This document shows, in pieces, positions 38,401-47,772 of a stretch of DNA of 64,000 nucleotides; within the stretch, counting starts at the first letter, position 1, and every line of letters begins with the position of its first letter. This DNA is from a virus: positions 32,001 to 96,000 of IMG/VR virus record IMGVR_UViG_3300013132_000026, one strand, 5' to 3'. The position numbers were made by a program, and so were the translations under genes. A model generated the notes under the pieces. That model saw only the letters and a program-made list of their open reading frames with translations, searched no databases and had not been told where the DNA came from.

Positions 38401-41146
38401 TTCCCGCTCCAGATGAAACTTTAACAAGAGCCGCTAAATAACCGAAAGAAGTTGAAACTGCCGAGACATCTTTGCCGATCTTCTGAACTTCTGTTGGAGC
38501 ATAGGCCGCGAGTTCAGAAGGAGTTGCTGCATTATTTGCAACAGCTGCATTGTTAGACACAATGATAACAACGTTGCCCGCAGTGCTCGCGGTTATATGC
38601 GCAGCCGCAGTAGCTAACGAGGACGACGTTGACGTTTGATTCACAAATGCTCCAGCAGTAGTTAACTGGATCGCAGTGAAAAATCCATTAGCTGCCGCTG
38701 TCCCAACTTGTGACCCATTGACCGTCACGGTTCCGTTCGTGCCGTCAACAGCACAAGACCAATTTGTTTCGTCGCCGATTAATTGTCCCGTTCCCGCCGA
38801 GCCTTGAACGTCAATATCAATTTCATTTTCGAGCAACACACCAGAAACCGCTGCGAAGTTTAATGTTTCAAAACGAGGATTTCCCGTTACAGTCGTGTTG
38901 TCTGGGAAAACATAAACCTCTCCTGTCAAAATAGTATCGCCAGTTGTTACGCCACCACCAGAAATTCTTCCTTCGATTGGGTACGTTTCAAAGATGCCAG
39001 ATTTGAGCAAGAACTCGCCAGTGATTGTGATTCTCGATCCGTAAGTGTTACTACCGTCAACACCGTCAGCTACCGTATGAATGTTGTATCTCTGTAATTG
39101 ACGCTGGCGTCTCGCTCTAATATTGTTGAGCGTGCCAGTAAATTGACCAGCAGAACCAGTTAAGTTATTAAGATCCGATACCGAATAATTCCCAGAAGGG
39201 ACGTGGATATAAATACCCGAGTCAAGTCCGATAGTCGATGCAGTTCCTTGCTTAAACTCGCCATCGATAGTGACGACATTAGTCGCTTCGTTAACATCTA
39301 AGATGCGCCCAAATGTTCTTGCAGTGTTCTTAACTTCGTCGCTGACCGAGAAGATATCGCCCGGTTGCAGGAACGCAGCCTCAACGCCGCCAACGAACGA
39401 CACGATGTCAGACTCGAACATCGAAGAACACAAGACGTAGCGTCCAATTCTGCGAGCCTCTGAGCGTGAAGTGCAACCAGCAGCGTTGATTTTAAATGGA
39501 TTTAAGCCGAACTTACGAATGCCGTCAACATCTTCAATATACTCTACCTTGGTTTTGTAACCATCATACTTATCGTTATAAACGACTTCTACGGAAGTAT
39601 ATCTGACGTTTCGCGCCGTTTCGCTATACTCGAAAAGACCGTCTCGAACATTTGCATTCGAGAACTGCATAACAGGATCTTGTGGTCTATCGGCGTAAAA
39701 AGAGAAACCTTCCGTGTTCCAGTAAACGATGCCCTTAAATACGGCTGAGACATCGCGCAATACATTGTAAGCCTCGTCTTTATTGTAGAAGATGATGTTG
39801 TATGTGTAGCGTGGCTCTAAGCCACCTTTGCCGTCTGGAACGCCTCGAAAAATACCCTTATCATCTACAGCGTCACAATACCTACCGATATCGTAAAGCG
39901 TCCACTTGTCGAGTGACGAAAAGTCGATTTGGTTGCCCAAACCATAATTCGTATTCGTGATGATATCGTAAAGAACCCAAGCTGGATTATCGGTCCAGCC
40001 TAACTTGAACGTGCCATCCCAATCACCGTAGTAAACCTTGTTGCTATCGTAAAACTTATCGTCACAGAACTGCTGAAAATCGATATCAGAGTCGTGGAGC
40101 ATATTGAACGCACCACCATTTACTTTTGCCGAAAGTTCTCGGAATGTTCTAGTTCCAGAAGACGAAGCGTTGCTGTAGAAATAATAAAGCTGAACGCAGT
40201 TTTCAGTCGAGTATCTGAACAGAGCATCGTAAGTCGATTCGGTCATCGACTCTGGACTTGCTCCTCCGAAGAAAACAACTTTTCTTACCGTGTTCGACCA
40301 AAGAGAGTCAACAACAACCGATTCAAGCTCTTTGCCCATTTCGCGATTCGATGCGTAGAGATTCTTTCTGATTAAATATGAAACTGCTCCGACTTCACTA
40401 TAAGCGGCAGAGACGGTGCTTTCTTGCAGTAGCGTATCGAGCTTAGTAAAAAGATTTTGATTGTTTTCTCCAGCAGAATCTGGCGAGCGAACAGTTATGA
40501 ACGATTCCGAATCGTAATATGAGAAGTTCGTTAGCGTTGGGCCATTGATGACGCTATAGCTGACGCTGCTATCCACTTTCCAAATTGCTGCCCTTACCGC
40601 AGTATAACCAGCGGTCATCTTCGCAATCATTTCTTTTAAATTCCGACGAATCAAAGCCTTATTCGCAAATGTCATATTCTTGTCTACGACAAAAATAATA
40701 TCTAGATTATTTGGATTAGCCGGATAGTTTGCGCTTGGGTAAACATAACGACGGTCAAGACCGTTTCCGCCCAATGGATAGTAATTGGACGGGATCTTAA
40801 TCTTCTTCATTCGCACGTCGAATGCGCGTTCTGGAAAATTCGCAAAGGTTCGCGAATCAAACTTTACTCCAACGTGAGCTGTTAGCGGATAAGAGAAATT
40901 GCGATCAATAACTTCTGTGATACTATCTACATAAACTTCGCGCCTAACGAGCGGAGAAATAGTTTCTTCGCTGCGCTTTTCAATCTTGATGTAGCGATCT
41001 TTGCCATTTACTGATTCTGGTAAAACGATTTCATCAACTCCTTCAGATACATTCGTTGAATCAACTGACTTTTGAAAAGCCGTTTGGTTCGCGTCGATTG
41101 GATCTTCCGCTCCTCTTAAGAATCTAAATGGATTTAACATTTTCAT
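35441..41146 (-). CDS. Tail-tip protein gpJ, C-terminal part, with VWA, lectin-like and FN3 inserts
   Basis: ITEVID..SYPLTAHVGVKFDS, IPSNY, WDGTFK.GWTDNPAW, LYDIGRYCD, EPRY, F.NANV.DG.F.Y and GCTSRSEARR match lambda gpJ. Confidence 0.9.
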   Translation of the reverse strand: MKMLNPFRFLRGAEDPIDANQTAFQKSVDSTNVSEGVDEIVLPESVNGKDRYIKIEKRSEETISPLVRREVYVDSITEVIDRNFSYPLTAHVGVKFDSRTFANFPERAFDVRMKKIKIPSNYYPLGGNGLDRRYVYPSANYPANPNNLDIIFVVDKNMTFANKALIRRNLKEMIAKMTAGYTAVRAAIWKVDSSVSYSVINGPTLTNFSYYDSESFITVRSPDSAGENNQNLFTKLDTLLQESTVSAAYSEVGAVSYLIRKNLYASNREMGKELESVVVDSLWSNTVRKVVFFGGASPESMTESTYDALFRYSTENCVQLYYFYSNASSSGTRTFRELSAKVNGGAFNMLHDSDIDFQQFCDDKFYDSNKVYYGDWDGTFKLGWTDNPAWVLYDIITNTNYGLGNQIDFSSLDKWTLYDIGRYCDAVDDKGIFRGVPDGKGGLEPRYTYNIIFYNKDEAYNVLRDVSAVFKGIVYWNTEGFSFYADRPQDPVMQFSNANVRDGLFEYSETARNVRYTSVEVVYNDKYDGYKTKVEYIEDVDGIRKFGLNPFKINAAGCTSRSEARRIGRYVLCSSMFESDIVSFVGGVEAAFLQPGDIFSVSDEVKNTARTFGRILDVNEATNVVTIDGEFKQGTASTIGLDSGIYIHVPSGNYSVSDLNNLTGSAGQFTGTLNNIRARRQRQLQRYNIHTVADGVDGSNTYGSRITITGEFLLKSGIFETYPIEGRISGGGVTTGDTILTGEVYVFPDNTTVTGNPRFETLNFAAVSGVLLENEIDIDVQGSAGTGQLIGDETNWSCAVDGTNGTVTVNGSQVGTAAANGFFTAIQLTTAGAFVNQTSTSSSLATAAAHITASTAGNVVIIVSNNAAVANNAATPSELAAYAPTEVQKIGKDVSAVSTSFGYLAALVKVSSGAGRIVERASKSLNDFGKIRFNYRDLLALSKMTPYYTFLNVDVGNSSNSKYDDWRASVYYDIDKIVNVSGVIYRCKAGHTSSATFATDETKYWIAGTINDHRTIGFPKDFYGSTKIPITTSLTSAHVSGAFAALGLSVYVGGGTLGQSDIRTLSETDGVGYSGLVYGTGYGKGFYSLAVDTLPTKINLIEDGSIYLLSGSGVEPKLYKTLTVKEEEANNYSVAGVEFYPDKENFIENDISDTSPNLYVQSPYDLVVKPQAPTTPVTTTLRKDESNVTTGIYVNWGASPSSPPLYKLYISRPDYSSSVPGAITEAVSTSSLDYTIPVNSNWGQYDIDIYAQGATPYRFLSEDSASISAVALPLSTATIGGTSLDRVAITGFYLDTADTGSLRYNITYGATFSGVGQGNFTSKDLTFRWSYVDPVGDRINSPDSLRNNPFFPDAPNIVVQLYSDGGTLLESNTGYQGFSYTLTKEKNQEYSMRGTTADIKTTDSPAQRNYRLRVVVRDVNNNPFTGTFDAYNVAPAYSQIDVVDSYQFSPYYVFSGYYGNSSFTRVAVWNSGENNIVSGSGIRDWSAGASAGDLLRSENADREITFRDISGAFKSATGLSSAGVATLNGIDINYSGLGDPSYEAYVNEWPDLLNAYESEVLQGGTKTKDAWGREHWETYGYEEARTLPRTKGNILGTADFADITNANQTGFSGVAVSVVQDRVSYNAIKFYCYSASSNKDVLSVDIYTGSSEAFTPDTDTRSNLHAIYPIPSRSYLNLIELGGPTIQREQWYYFKFLPRDDFGTGVMSPVVSGYLEDRADEPPAVTYTEYILDGKRPPAPVNAAERPQIEATGSNLMVNRSYKITVQGTVNWTTIGAKSGLAGVVFVYNGQTITGSGGYVVLESTIDLTLSPDDLNDTKIVTPISDSTVEIPSNPPIGYTVTFVNKPAFGKAADVYVVYRDGGEAAESPTLTVVKPNEQVVLEFTPKGWVDLNADTLYLDT

Positions 41147-41162
41147 CTACTAGTAAATATTA

Positions 41163-41696
41163 TTATGTAATCGAGAATGTTCTAACCCCATCTGTGCCAC
41201 CAGTTAACTTTGTTAAGCCCTTTGGCGATTGGGCGTTGATATAAACAGTATGTGTTCCCGTAGCGAGCTTCGAAGTCACATCGGCTGGGATCGTAAATGA
41301 AAACACTCCCGTAGTGGTGTTAATGTCTGTGCCGTTTGCGTAAATGACTTGTGGCGTATTCCCATTACTAGCTGGACTATCTATATGAGCCGCCAAGGAT
41401 AATGTTGGAGTAAGAATTGTGGTAGCTCCAAGAGTCCTGTTGAACGTTGCCGTTCCGGTCAGTGTGATAGTGGCTCCCTTAGCGTAACTTGAACTAGAAA
41501 GAGCATCAAAAGTAGCGGCTGTTCCCGCACCCTCTCCAACCAAAGTATAAACATAGTTTTGTACCGTAGTGTATGGATTTGAAAATGGCGACGTTGAAAG
41601 CTTTTTTAAATAATAGATAACCCCCAAAACCGTCGAATAGTTCCGTTTATTGATTTTCGTCGCCGCTAACTGTTCTGGAGTATATTGAATAGACAT
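41163..41696 (-). CDS. Ig-like-domain protein between the two gpJ parts
   Basis: T/G-rich; GVFSFTIPA...LATGTHTVYINA Ig-like motif. Confidence 0.65.
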   Translation of the reverse strand: MSIQYTPEQLAATKINKRNYSTVLGVIYYLKKLSTSPFSNPYTTVQNYVYTLVGEGAGTAATFDALSSSSYAKGATITLTGTATFNRTLGATTILTPTLSLAAHIDSPASNGNTPQVIYANGTDINTTTGVFSFTIPADVTSKLATGTHTVYINAQSPKGLTKLTGGTDGVRTFSIT

Positions 41697-41708
41697 TTTT
41701 TATGGGAC

Positions 41709-42551
41709 TTAAAAGCCGGGAGGAAGCGTCTTTTTAAAGTCGTCGTTCAAGTCAATTGGTGGAATATTTACTCTTGTGCTGGCTCCACCAACCGACGAAG
41801 CGGGATTGAAATTGGTATTTGTTGCCGCGTAGTAAGCACCATCAGTGGTTTCGCCTTCTGAAATCGAGTCGTCGCCGATAGTATATGCATACGGGCTTTG
41901 AACCAATCCGTAGAAACTAACATCTCTAATTTGTAAATTAGACTCTCCATCCAATCCCCAGTATAAACGCAAGAGAAGCGTCGATTCTTTGGCTGTTCCA
42001 GCTTTTGTTCCCTCATCTACAGTATCCGCCAAAGCTTCAATTAAAAAGTTTACACGAAGCTTTTTGACATCGCGGTTTCTGATTTGATGAGTAAATATGA
42101 ATGGGTCTTGTGGTGTCGTCGGCCAACCATCGGTTGAACGCGCCCAGCTTGTAAAGTTTCTGCCATCTAACTTAACGTCGTCCTGCATCGTGATCGGGCC
42201 GAGCAGTTTAAAGCTTGCTGGTTTAGAGATGTAAACGTTTTTAAAGTTGACTAAAGCTTTTTGTTTCTCTGTACCAAAGTTTACTTCGAGGAGAATGTTT
42301 CTGTAATTGTATTCTCCACTAACGTTCATAACTGGAACGCCATTCAAATAAACTCCCTTTAGCATATCTAGGCCATAAACTTTTTTGCCAAACGGATCGA
42401 CAATACCTTCGATTGGACCCTCGCAAAGCAAGTCAACGATTTCTGCCACAGAAATAGACTTCTTGAGTTTCTTGCCCTCGTCTGGCGGCAGAAGTTTAGC
42501 CTCGGATGTTCCCATCCCTCTGAAAAATCTTAATGGATTTAGAATTTTCAT
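41709..42551 (-). CDS. Tail-tip protein gpJ, N-terminal part
   Basis: AEIVDLLCEGPIEGIV...VYLNGVPV...GTEKQ matches the gpJ N-terminus; start at ATG 42551. Confidence 0.85.
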   Translation of the reverse strand: MKILNPLRFFRGMGTSEAKLLPPDEGKKLKKSISVAEIVDLLCEGPIEGIVDPFGKKVYGLDMLKGVYLNGVPVMNVSGEYNYRNILLEVNFGTEKQKALVNFKNVYISKPASFKLLGPITMQDDVKLDGRNFTSWARSTDGWPTTPQDPFIFTHQIRNRDVKKLRVNFLIEALADTVDEGTKAGTAKESTLLLRLYWGLDGESNLQIRDVSFYGLVQSPYAYTIGDDSISEGETTDGAYYAATNTNFNPASSVGGASTRVNIPPIDLNDDFKKTLPPGF

Positions 42552-42552
42552 C

Positions 42553-45519
42553 TTAGAATATAGATGGGAGTGACTGAATCGGAGGAACGCTTCTCTCGAT
42601 GCTTTCGTTTTGCGTTGACAAGAAAGTAACGCCAACACGAATTGTCGGAGACAAATACTTATTCACTCCCTTTGTAATCTCACACTGCCAGAAAGAAACA
42701 TACTTAGCGTAGCCTGTGTCTTCACGTTCCGAAGTGAACGTCACTAGTCTTTGGCTGTCTGCTTGAACTGCCGCAAGATCGATAACTTCAGAAGCGAATG
42801 CTCCTGTGCCGGAAAATGCTGTAGAGTTCTTTAAGAACACTGTGCCAACTGTTGCCGACGTTGCGCCAACACTAGTCCAATTAGCTGCCGTGCCGACAAC
42901 ATTGATTCTGTACTTCTTGCCAGCGACCATTGAAGATGCGGCGATATCTCCGCGTTGTGTATAGATCGGAGAATTTGGAGCGATCAAATTAGAATCGGTC
43001 TTGCGGTTGAGAAGCTGATTTTCTCCAACCACAGTGAACGAAGCCGCGCCAGTCTTTCTGTAAGAAATCTTAATCTTGTTTCTGCCGACACCAGTTCTAA
43101 GTCTGGCGTAAATTCTATGATATCCGCTCGTTAGCGTAACGGGCGAAACTGTTGGAGACGAGTCTACGTCGTGACTCGACGCTAAGATTCCGTTAACGTA
43201 CAAATCGGCAAAAGCGTCGTTTGTTTCGAGACATTCGATCTTAAAGTCGTAAGAATTTACTGGCGCGACCTTTCCGTTTCCAGTTGCAGCAGTCGCGTTC
43301 TTTGTAAACGTCATGCCAACAACAGGAGGAACCGAGCCAACGCCAATCGTTGACCACTGAGCGGAAGTGCCAACTTTTGTAATCTCGTAAACAGTGCCGC
43401 TATTCGCTGAAATAACGCTAATTTCTCTCACAGCTAGCGGATCGGTCGAGATGATGTCGGTGTTCTTGTTTAATGGGATATAGAAGTAGCCCAAAAATTC
43501 GAGCGTGTAGTTGCCGACATCAGAAGCGTTACTGTTGATCTCTGAAATATTTACTGCCGAGAAGTCGCCAGTATAGAGGTTTTGATTGATTGGCAACTTG
43601 ACATAACTCAAATAAGTGTCGAAAGTGCCAGACGCTGTTGGAATAGTTTCCGCTGTCCAGAAAGAGCTGTCAGTAGGCAACTTGCCCTGAGCATTAGACG
43701 TTGCGCGGTAAATTTGCTCTCTGATCGGTGGGATAAATAGTGACCAGAAATTATTCACTCCGCTAGTAAACAATTTTACAACGGCGCTGATTTTTGTTTG
43801 ATCTAGGATATCGGCGCTTTCTGCAACTACCGTGTAAGTTTCGGAACCGCTAGGCGATCCGCTCAACGTATAAGTAAAGGTCGTGTCGCTCGTTGTTGTG
43901 ATCGTGTACGTTCCGTTAGGATCTACTGCGCCAGTCAAGTTTGCAATCTGCGCCGAAGTTCCCGTGATTTCCGAAAGAACAATCGGATTGAAAGGAGTGG
44001 CCGAGTTTCCAAGAGTGATCGTCACTACCGCATTGCTGCGAGTTGCGCTTGCAATATACGACTTAGCGAGTGGAGGGTGCGTGTTTAACACCGCTCTACC
44101 AGCGGTTACTGTATAAGTTTCCGTTCCCGTATCCAAAGTAGCTAATGTGTAAGTGAATTGATTTGCGGCAGTTACGGTAATATTGTAGTAGCCGTTTGCA
44201 TCAACATTGCCAGTGCTCAGTCCAGAGATCGTCGCTTTGAAGTTGCTTGCGAAATTATGATTCGAAGAAGTCGTAATGGTTACGGTTGCTCCAGATCGAC
44301 TCGCCGCCGAGATAGTTGCGTCGGCGGGAATACTCGTTGTGCATCTAAAGAAAATGCTACTTAACGTAACAATTTCTCCGCTAACGTATCGAGTGTTATT
44401 GTCCCAAGCCGATTTTGGCAACGCCTCGAATTGCGATGGCCCCCAAATAACCAAAGAGTTAGTCGGGTATAAAATCATGTAATTCGAATCGGTGCGGTTT
44501 TGCGCAGCGTTCGAAATTAATTGAAACTCTTGCGGGCGAGCGAAACGATAGAGCGCACCTTCAGAAAACGAGTAAGAATTTTCCTGCTGAATCGCGCTCT
44601 TTGTCGAATCTGAAGAAGACAATTGCTTCCATTTGTACGTCAAATCTTCATTGTACGTTGACAGATTTGGGTTCGAAATAATCTCACCGTCTTGCTTTAC
44701 TCGAAGCTCAACGATGTTAGACGAAACTTTTTTAGCGGACTTCGTAACGATATCAATGTACGACTGCGAGAGAGAAACATCGACAACTGAAACCGCATCT
44801 TCGAATACGGCAGTTTGATTCGAACGATACCCGTCGATTTCAAGTTCATCAATACCTTCGTAAGCTGGGATAGCGTCAATCGGCCTTGAAGTTGGCGTCA
44901 TCAAAGCCTTCACATCGTAATTTAAACGATAATTATTGATCGAGGCGCTGATTTGCGAGCTGCCGATGATTAGTCTGCCATAGCCAACTGGAACGGCTTG
45001 ACCTTGAGAAGTGTTGCTCGGCTTGCTTCCGAAAAGATAAGACTTGCCGCCCGCAGAAACTTCTTGATTAAAGTCAGGTTTGGGCGTTGGGAATAATAAT
45101 CCCATGACGCCCTGCGTCAATAATGCAGCACCAACAAGTATACCGGCTTTCGCAGCAGTTCCACTGAGAATTGCTAAACCACCAGCAGCACCGAATCCGC
45201 CCGAGATTGTGATAAGCGCAACAGCCGCGACAATCAAAAGAATATTCTTTACGCTATCTCCAGCGCCCCACACCACAGGAACCAAATGAATTTCTTGTGG
45301 CGTTTTAATGATGTCGAGTTCGAGAGGATCTTCGATAACTTGATCATCAACAACGATTCTGTAAAATACACCTTTCGCCGCCAGCTTCTTTAACGCGGCC
45401 AAAAAGCCGCGACGATTTGCATTGATCGCAGTAAACGCTTCTCTTGGTTTCGAAATGTTGTATCGAAACTCATGACCAAACAAGTTGCGTAGTTCGCCGT
45501 ATAGATAAATGTTAGTCAT
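42553..45519 (-). CDS. Tail assembly protein gpI-like (ubiquitin-like N-domain) with large C-terminal extension
   Basis: IYLYGELRNLFG...EIHLVPVVWGAG, hydrophobic stretch, SYLF...QGQAVPVGYGRLIIGS. Confidence 0.85.
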   Translation of the reverse strand: MTNIYLYGELRNLFGHEFRYNISKPREAFTAINANRRGFLAALKKLAAKGVFYRIVVDDQVIEDPLELDIIKTPQEIHLVPVVWGAGDSVKNILLIVAAVALITISGGFGAAGGLAILSGTAAKAGILVGAALLTQGVMGLLFPTPKPDFNQEVSAGGKSYLFGSKPSNTSQGQAVPVGYGRLIIGSSQISASINNYRLNYDVKALMTPTSRPIDAIPAYEGIDELEIDGYRSNQTAVFEDAVSVVDVSLSQSYIDIVTKSAKKVSSNIVELRVKQDGEIISNPNLSTYNEDLTYKWKQLSSSDSTKSAIQQENSYSFSEGALYRFARPQEFQLISNAAQNRTDSNYMILYPTNSLVIWGPSQFEALPKSAWDNNTRYVSGEIVTLSSIFFRCTTSIPADATISAASRSGATVTITTSSNHNFASNFKATISGLSTGNVDANGYYNITVTAANQFTYTLATLDTGTETYTVTAGRAVLNTHPPLAKSYIASATRSNAVVTITLGNSATPFNPIVLSEITGTSAQIANLTGAVDPNGTYTITTTSDTTFTYTLSGSPSGSETYTVVAESADILDQTKISAVVKLFTSGVNNFWSLFIPPIREQIYRATSNAQGKLPTDSSFWTAETIPTASGTFDTYLSYVKLPINQNLYTGDFSAVNISEINSNASDVGNYTLEFLGYFYIPLNKNTDIISTDPLAVREISVISANSGTVYEITKVGTSAQWSTIGVGSVPPVVGMTFTKNATAATGNGKVAPVNSYDFKIECLETNDAFADLYVNGILASSHDVDSSPTVSPVTLTSGYHRIYARLRTGVGRNKIKISYRKTGAASFTVVGENQLLNRKTDSNLIAPNSPIYTQRGDIAASSMVAGKKYRINVVGTAANWTSVGATSATVGTVFLKNSTAFSGTGAFASEVIDLAAVQADSQRLVTFTSEREDTGYAKYVSFWQCEITKGVNKYLSPTIRVGVTFLSTQNESIERSVPPIQSLPSIF

Positions 45520-45874
45520 AACGTTTCTTTAACATATCAACGTATTCTTTCTTAACGTGCGATACCTTGGGCATCACCAAGTTGAATTCTTGAGTCTGCT
45601 TGCTGTAAATAAGATAAGGAATGCAAGAATTGTCGCAATTGAACTGGTCGAACTTCGACTCGTCTTCGCCCGTCTTTGGGTGCGAGTGATAGATCGCAAC
45701 AAGATTACCCGAACGAATCTTCTTCAAGATTTCGAGCGGATGAATCTCAAATATATTATCGGCGTAAGTGGCAATGTTCTTCGCTGGCTCAGTTTTCAGT
45801 TCGCCGTTCTCAACGGTTACGAATCCGCAAACTTCCAAATCGGACGATAAAGCGTGTTCAACGATTGTAGTCAT
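45512..45874 (-). CDS. gpK-like JAB/MPN metalloprotease, stand-alone (no NlpC/P60 domain)
   Basis: EVCGFV...AIYHSHP...ESKFD JAMM motif; lies between L and I. Confidence 0.85.
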   Translation of the reverse strand: MTTIVEHALSSDLEVCGFVTVENGELKTEPAKNIATYADNIFEIHPLEILKKIRSGNLVAIYHSHPKTGEDESKFDQFNCDNSCIPYLIYSKQTQEFNLVMPKVSHVKKEYVDMLKKRYD

Positions 45875-46854
45875 TACTGATTAAAATTGATCGGGTACTC
45901 CTCGGTTCCCGGAAACCCACCGAACGGTAATTCTGCATTTTCACCAAAGCGCAGCTTGCAGCCGCCGATAGACTTTGAGCACTGATCTGCCATCCAGAAC
46001 TCTTTATTGATAGATGGATTTTTGCCTGCGGTAGCAGTATGAGCCTTAACGCAAATATAGAACTTTTGAAGCGGTTTCCAGTTTGGGTTCGCGTTGATAT
46101 TCTCTTCCGAGACTTTTACATTCGTGTTTTCAACGTAAACGTAGTCGGCTATCGAGTAGCTTGTGCCGGGCGTCCAGCGTCCTTTATTCACTTTGGTTGC
46201 TAAAGACGTTGACGTGCCAGCTTCAATATTGATAGCATTCTCGAACAATTGATTATTATCGTCAGCTACTGGAGGACCATTGAATCCGCATCCGTTGCCG
46301 CGATAATGAAACGAACAGTAACGCGACATTACGATACGCTTCGGGAACGTGACGCTATCGAGTTCAAGAGGCGAAGCGAGTTCAAGCTCAACGATTGCCC
46401 GATTTTCGGACGAACGGCGCAGAACGAAAAAGACTTGATCTTCTAGCCCAGCAGTTGCATCTGCGGCACCGTATGGATTCTTCGAGTCCGAAAAGTTAAC
46501 GTTGTCCAAGAACTTAAGGAACGTTCTCTTACGGACAACTTTTGCGCCAATAAGGTTGTTATAACGGCGAATAAGGTTCGAAACAAAGAAGTCTTGGTTC
46601 GAAATAGTTAGTTTCGGGCGCGGAAGCGAGCCGTCACCCTTGGTCTCGAAGCCTGAGCTTTGGATCGGAAATGGCAAATACTCCTGACCTTGCCAGTAGA
46701 TCGAACCGTTTATCCCATTTGTGCCGCCATGAATGTAAAGTTGTTGGTCAGGTTGATTAACGTAGTCGTAATAAATAACAAAAAACTCCAAAAGAGCCGT
46801 TGGCTCTAGTGAAAAAAGCTCCGCATTGACTTTCTGGTTAGACTCCCTTGACAT
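45874..46854 (-). CDS. Minor tail protein gpL
   Basis: WQGQEYLPFPI..GFE...PRPKLT, GAKVVRKRTF.KFLD, C...YRG.GC, DQCSK...C.LRF and FGGFPG motifs. Confidence 0.9.
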   Translation of the reverse strand: MSRESNQKVNAELFSLEPTALLEFFVIYYDYVNQPDQQLYIHGGTNGINGSIYWQGQEYLPFPIQSSGFETKGDGSLPRPKLTISNQDFFVSNLIRRYNNLIGAKVVRKRTFLKFLDNVNFSDSKNPYGAADATAGLEDQVFFVLRRSSENRAIVELELASPLELDSVTFPKRIVMSRYCSFHYRGNGCGFNGPPVADDNNQLFENAINIEAGTSTSLATKVNKGRWTPGTSYSIADYVYVENTNVKVSEENINANPNWKPLQKFYICVKAHTATAGKNPSINKEFWMADQCSKSIGGCKLRFGENAELPFGGFPGTEEYPINFNQ

Positions 46855-46882
46855 TTCCTTTTACCTTTAGATTATATTACAC
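46855..46882 (-). promoter_or_regulatory. Putative late promoter motif GTGTAA for the tail-tip operon
   Basis: Minus strand GTGTAA-TAATATCTAAAGGTAAAAGGAA-ATG. Confidence 0.55.
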
Positions 46883-46884
46883 CG

Positions 46885-47364
46885 ATGAGCGATAAAAACC
46901 AGATAAAAATCGAGGGTTCAGAAGCCGCTCAGATGCGACTCAACGATATTCCCGATGTTTTGAGGCTGGCGACCAAAGCTCAGGCTCAATTCAAACTTTT
47001 CCCGATAGACTCGCCATCAACGATTTTGAGGGAAATATCACTTGTTTTGCAGAAAAACTTTAGAAATTCCGTCATTTTCCACGCAGAAGACGAAGTTGTC
47101 GCTGCGTTCATTTTACGCGCCGAGACGAGCGTTTCGGCAGAACTCGTTTACAGTTTCACGTCGTCGGAAGAGCTTTTGACAGCAGAAATGGCCGAAAAGT
47201 TTAAAAAAACGCTGACAAAACTAGGATTTTTGGTAATAAATGCGAAAATTCAAACTAGCCGTAGAGACCTTGACTCGCTTTTAACGTTTTTAAAAGATGT
47301 TGGTTTCAATGAGATTTCGAGCGAAAACGATGCTTTCGTGTCAATTCGCATCAGAATAGCTTGA
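46885..47364 (+). CDS. Hypothetical protein (GNAT-like fold possible)
   Basis: 159-aa ORF; ...LTFLKDVGF C-terminal pattern. Confidence 0.55.
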   Translation: MSDKNQIKIEGSEAAQMRLNDIPDVLRLATKAQAQFKLFPIDSPSTILREISLVLQKNFRNSVIFHAEDEVVAAFILRAETSVSAELVYSFTSSEELLTAEMAEKFKKTLTKLGFLVINAKIQTSRRDLDSLLTFLKDVGFNEISSENDAFVSIRIRIA

Positions 47365-47394
47365 CTTTTCGTTAAAAACGATAAGATTTGCGGA

Positions 47395-47772
47395 ATGAAG
47401 TTCGACAGGCTCGTTCAGCTTGCCCGCAATCTTGTTATCTACGATAATATCGATTTGCGCTGCCGTCATTTCGCTTTTATCCTCGATAAGAAGCGGATCA
47501 TTGCTATCGGCAAGAACTCAAAAAAGTCTCACCCGATTAACCACAAGTACGGTTACTTCGACGGTTCTGGACTGCACGCCGAAGCGTGCGCAGTTATCAA
47601 GTCGGGTCACATTGACCACTCGAAACACACGCTCGTCACGTTTCGCATCGACCGAAACGATAAGGTCGCGATGGGTAAACCGTGCAAGCATTGCGAAAAA
47701 CTTCTAAAAGATGTTGAATTTAAGAATATTTTCTATTCTAATGAAGAGGGAGAGTTCGTTCGCGCCAAATGA
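47395..47772 (+). CDS. Cytidine/dCMP deaminase-family protein
   Basis: LHAE and KPCKHC zinc-deaminase motifs; TTGACT...TAAGAT upstream. Confidence 0.8.
   Translation: MKFDRLVQLARNLVIYDNIDLRCRHFAFILDKKRIIAIGKNSKKSHPINHKYGYFDGSGLHAEACAVIKSGHIDHSKHTLVTFRIDRNDKVAMGKPCKHCEKLLKDVEFKNIFYSNEEGEFVRAK

Noticed and set aside
41147-41708. Self-splicing intron rejoining the two gpJ halves
   Set aside because: The interval is filled by an Ig-like ORF, no group I/II intron elements are recognisable, and the downstream half has its own start and leader.
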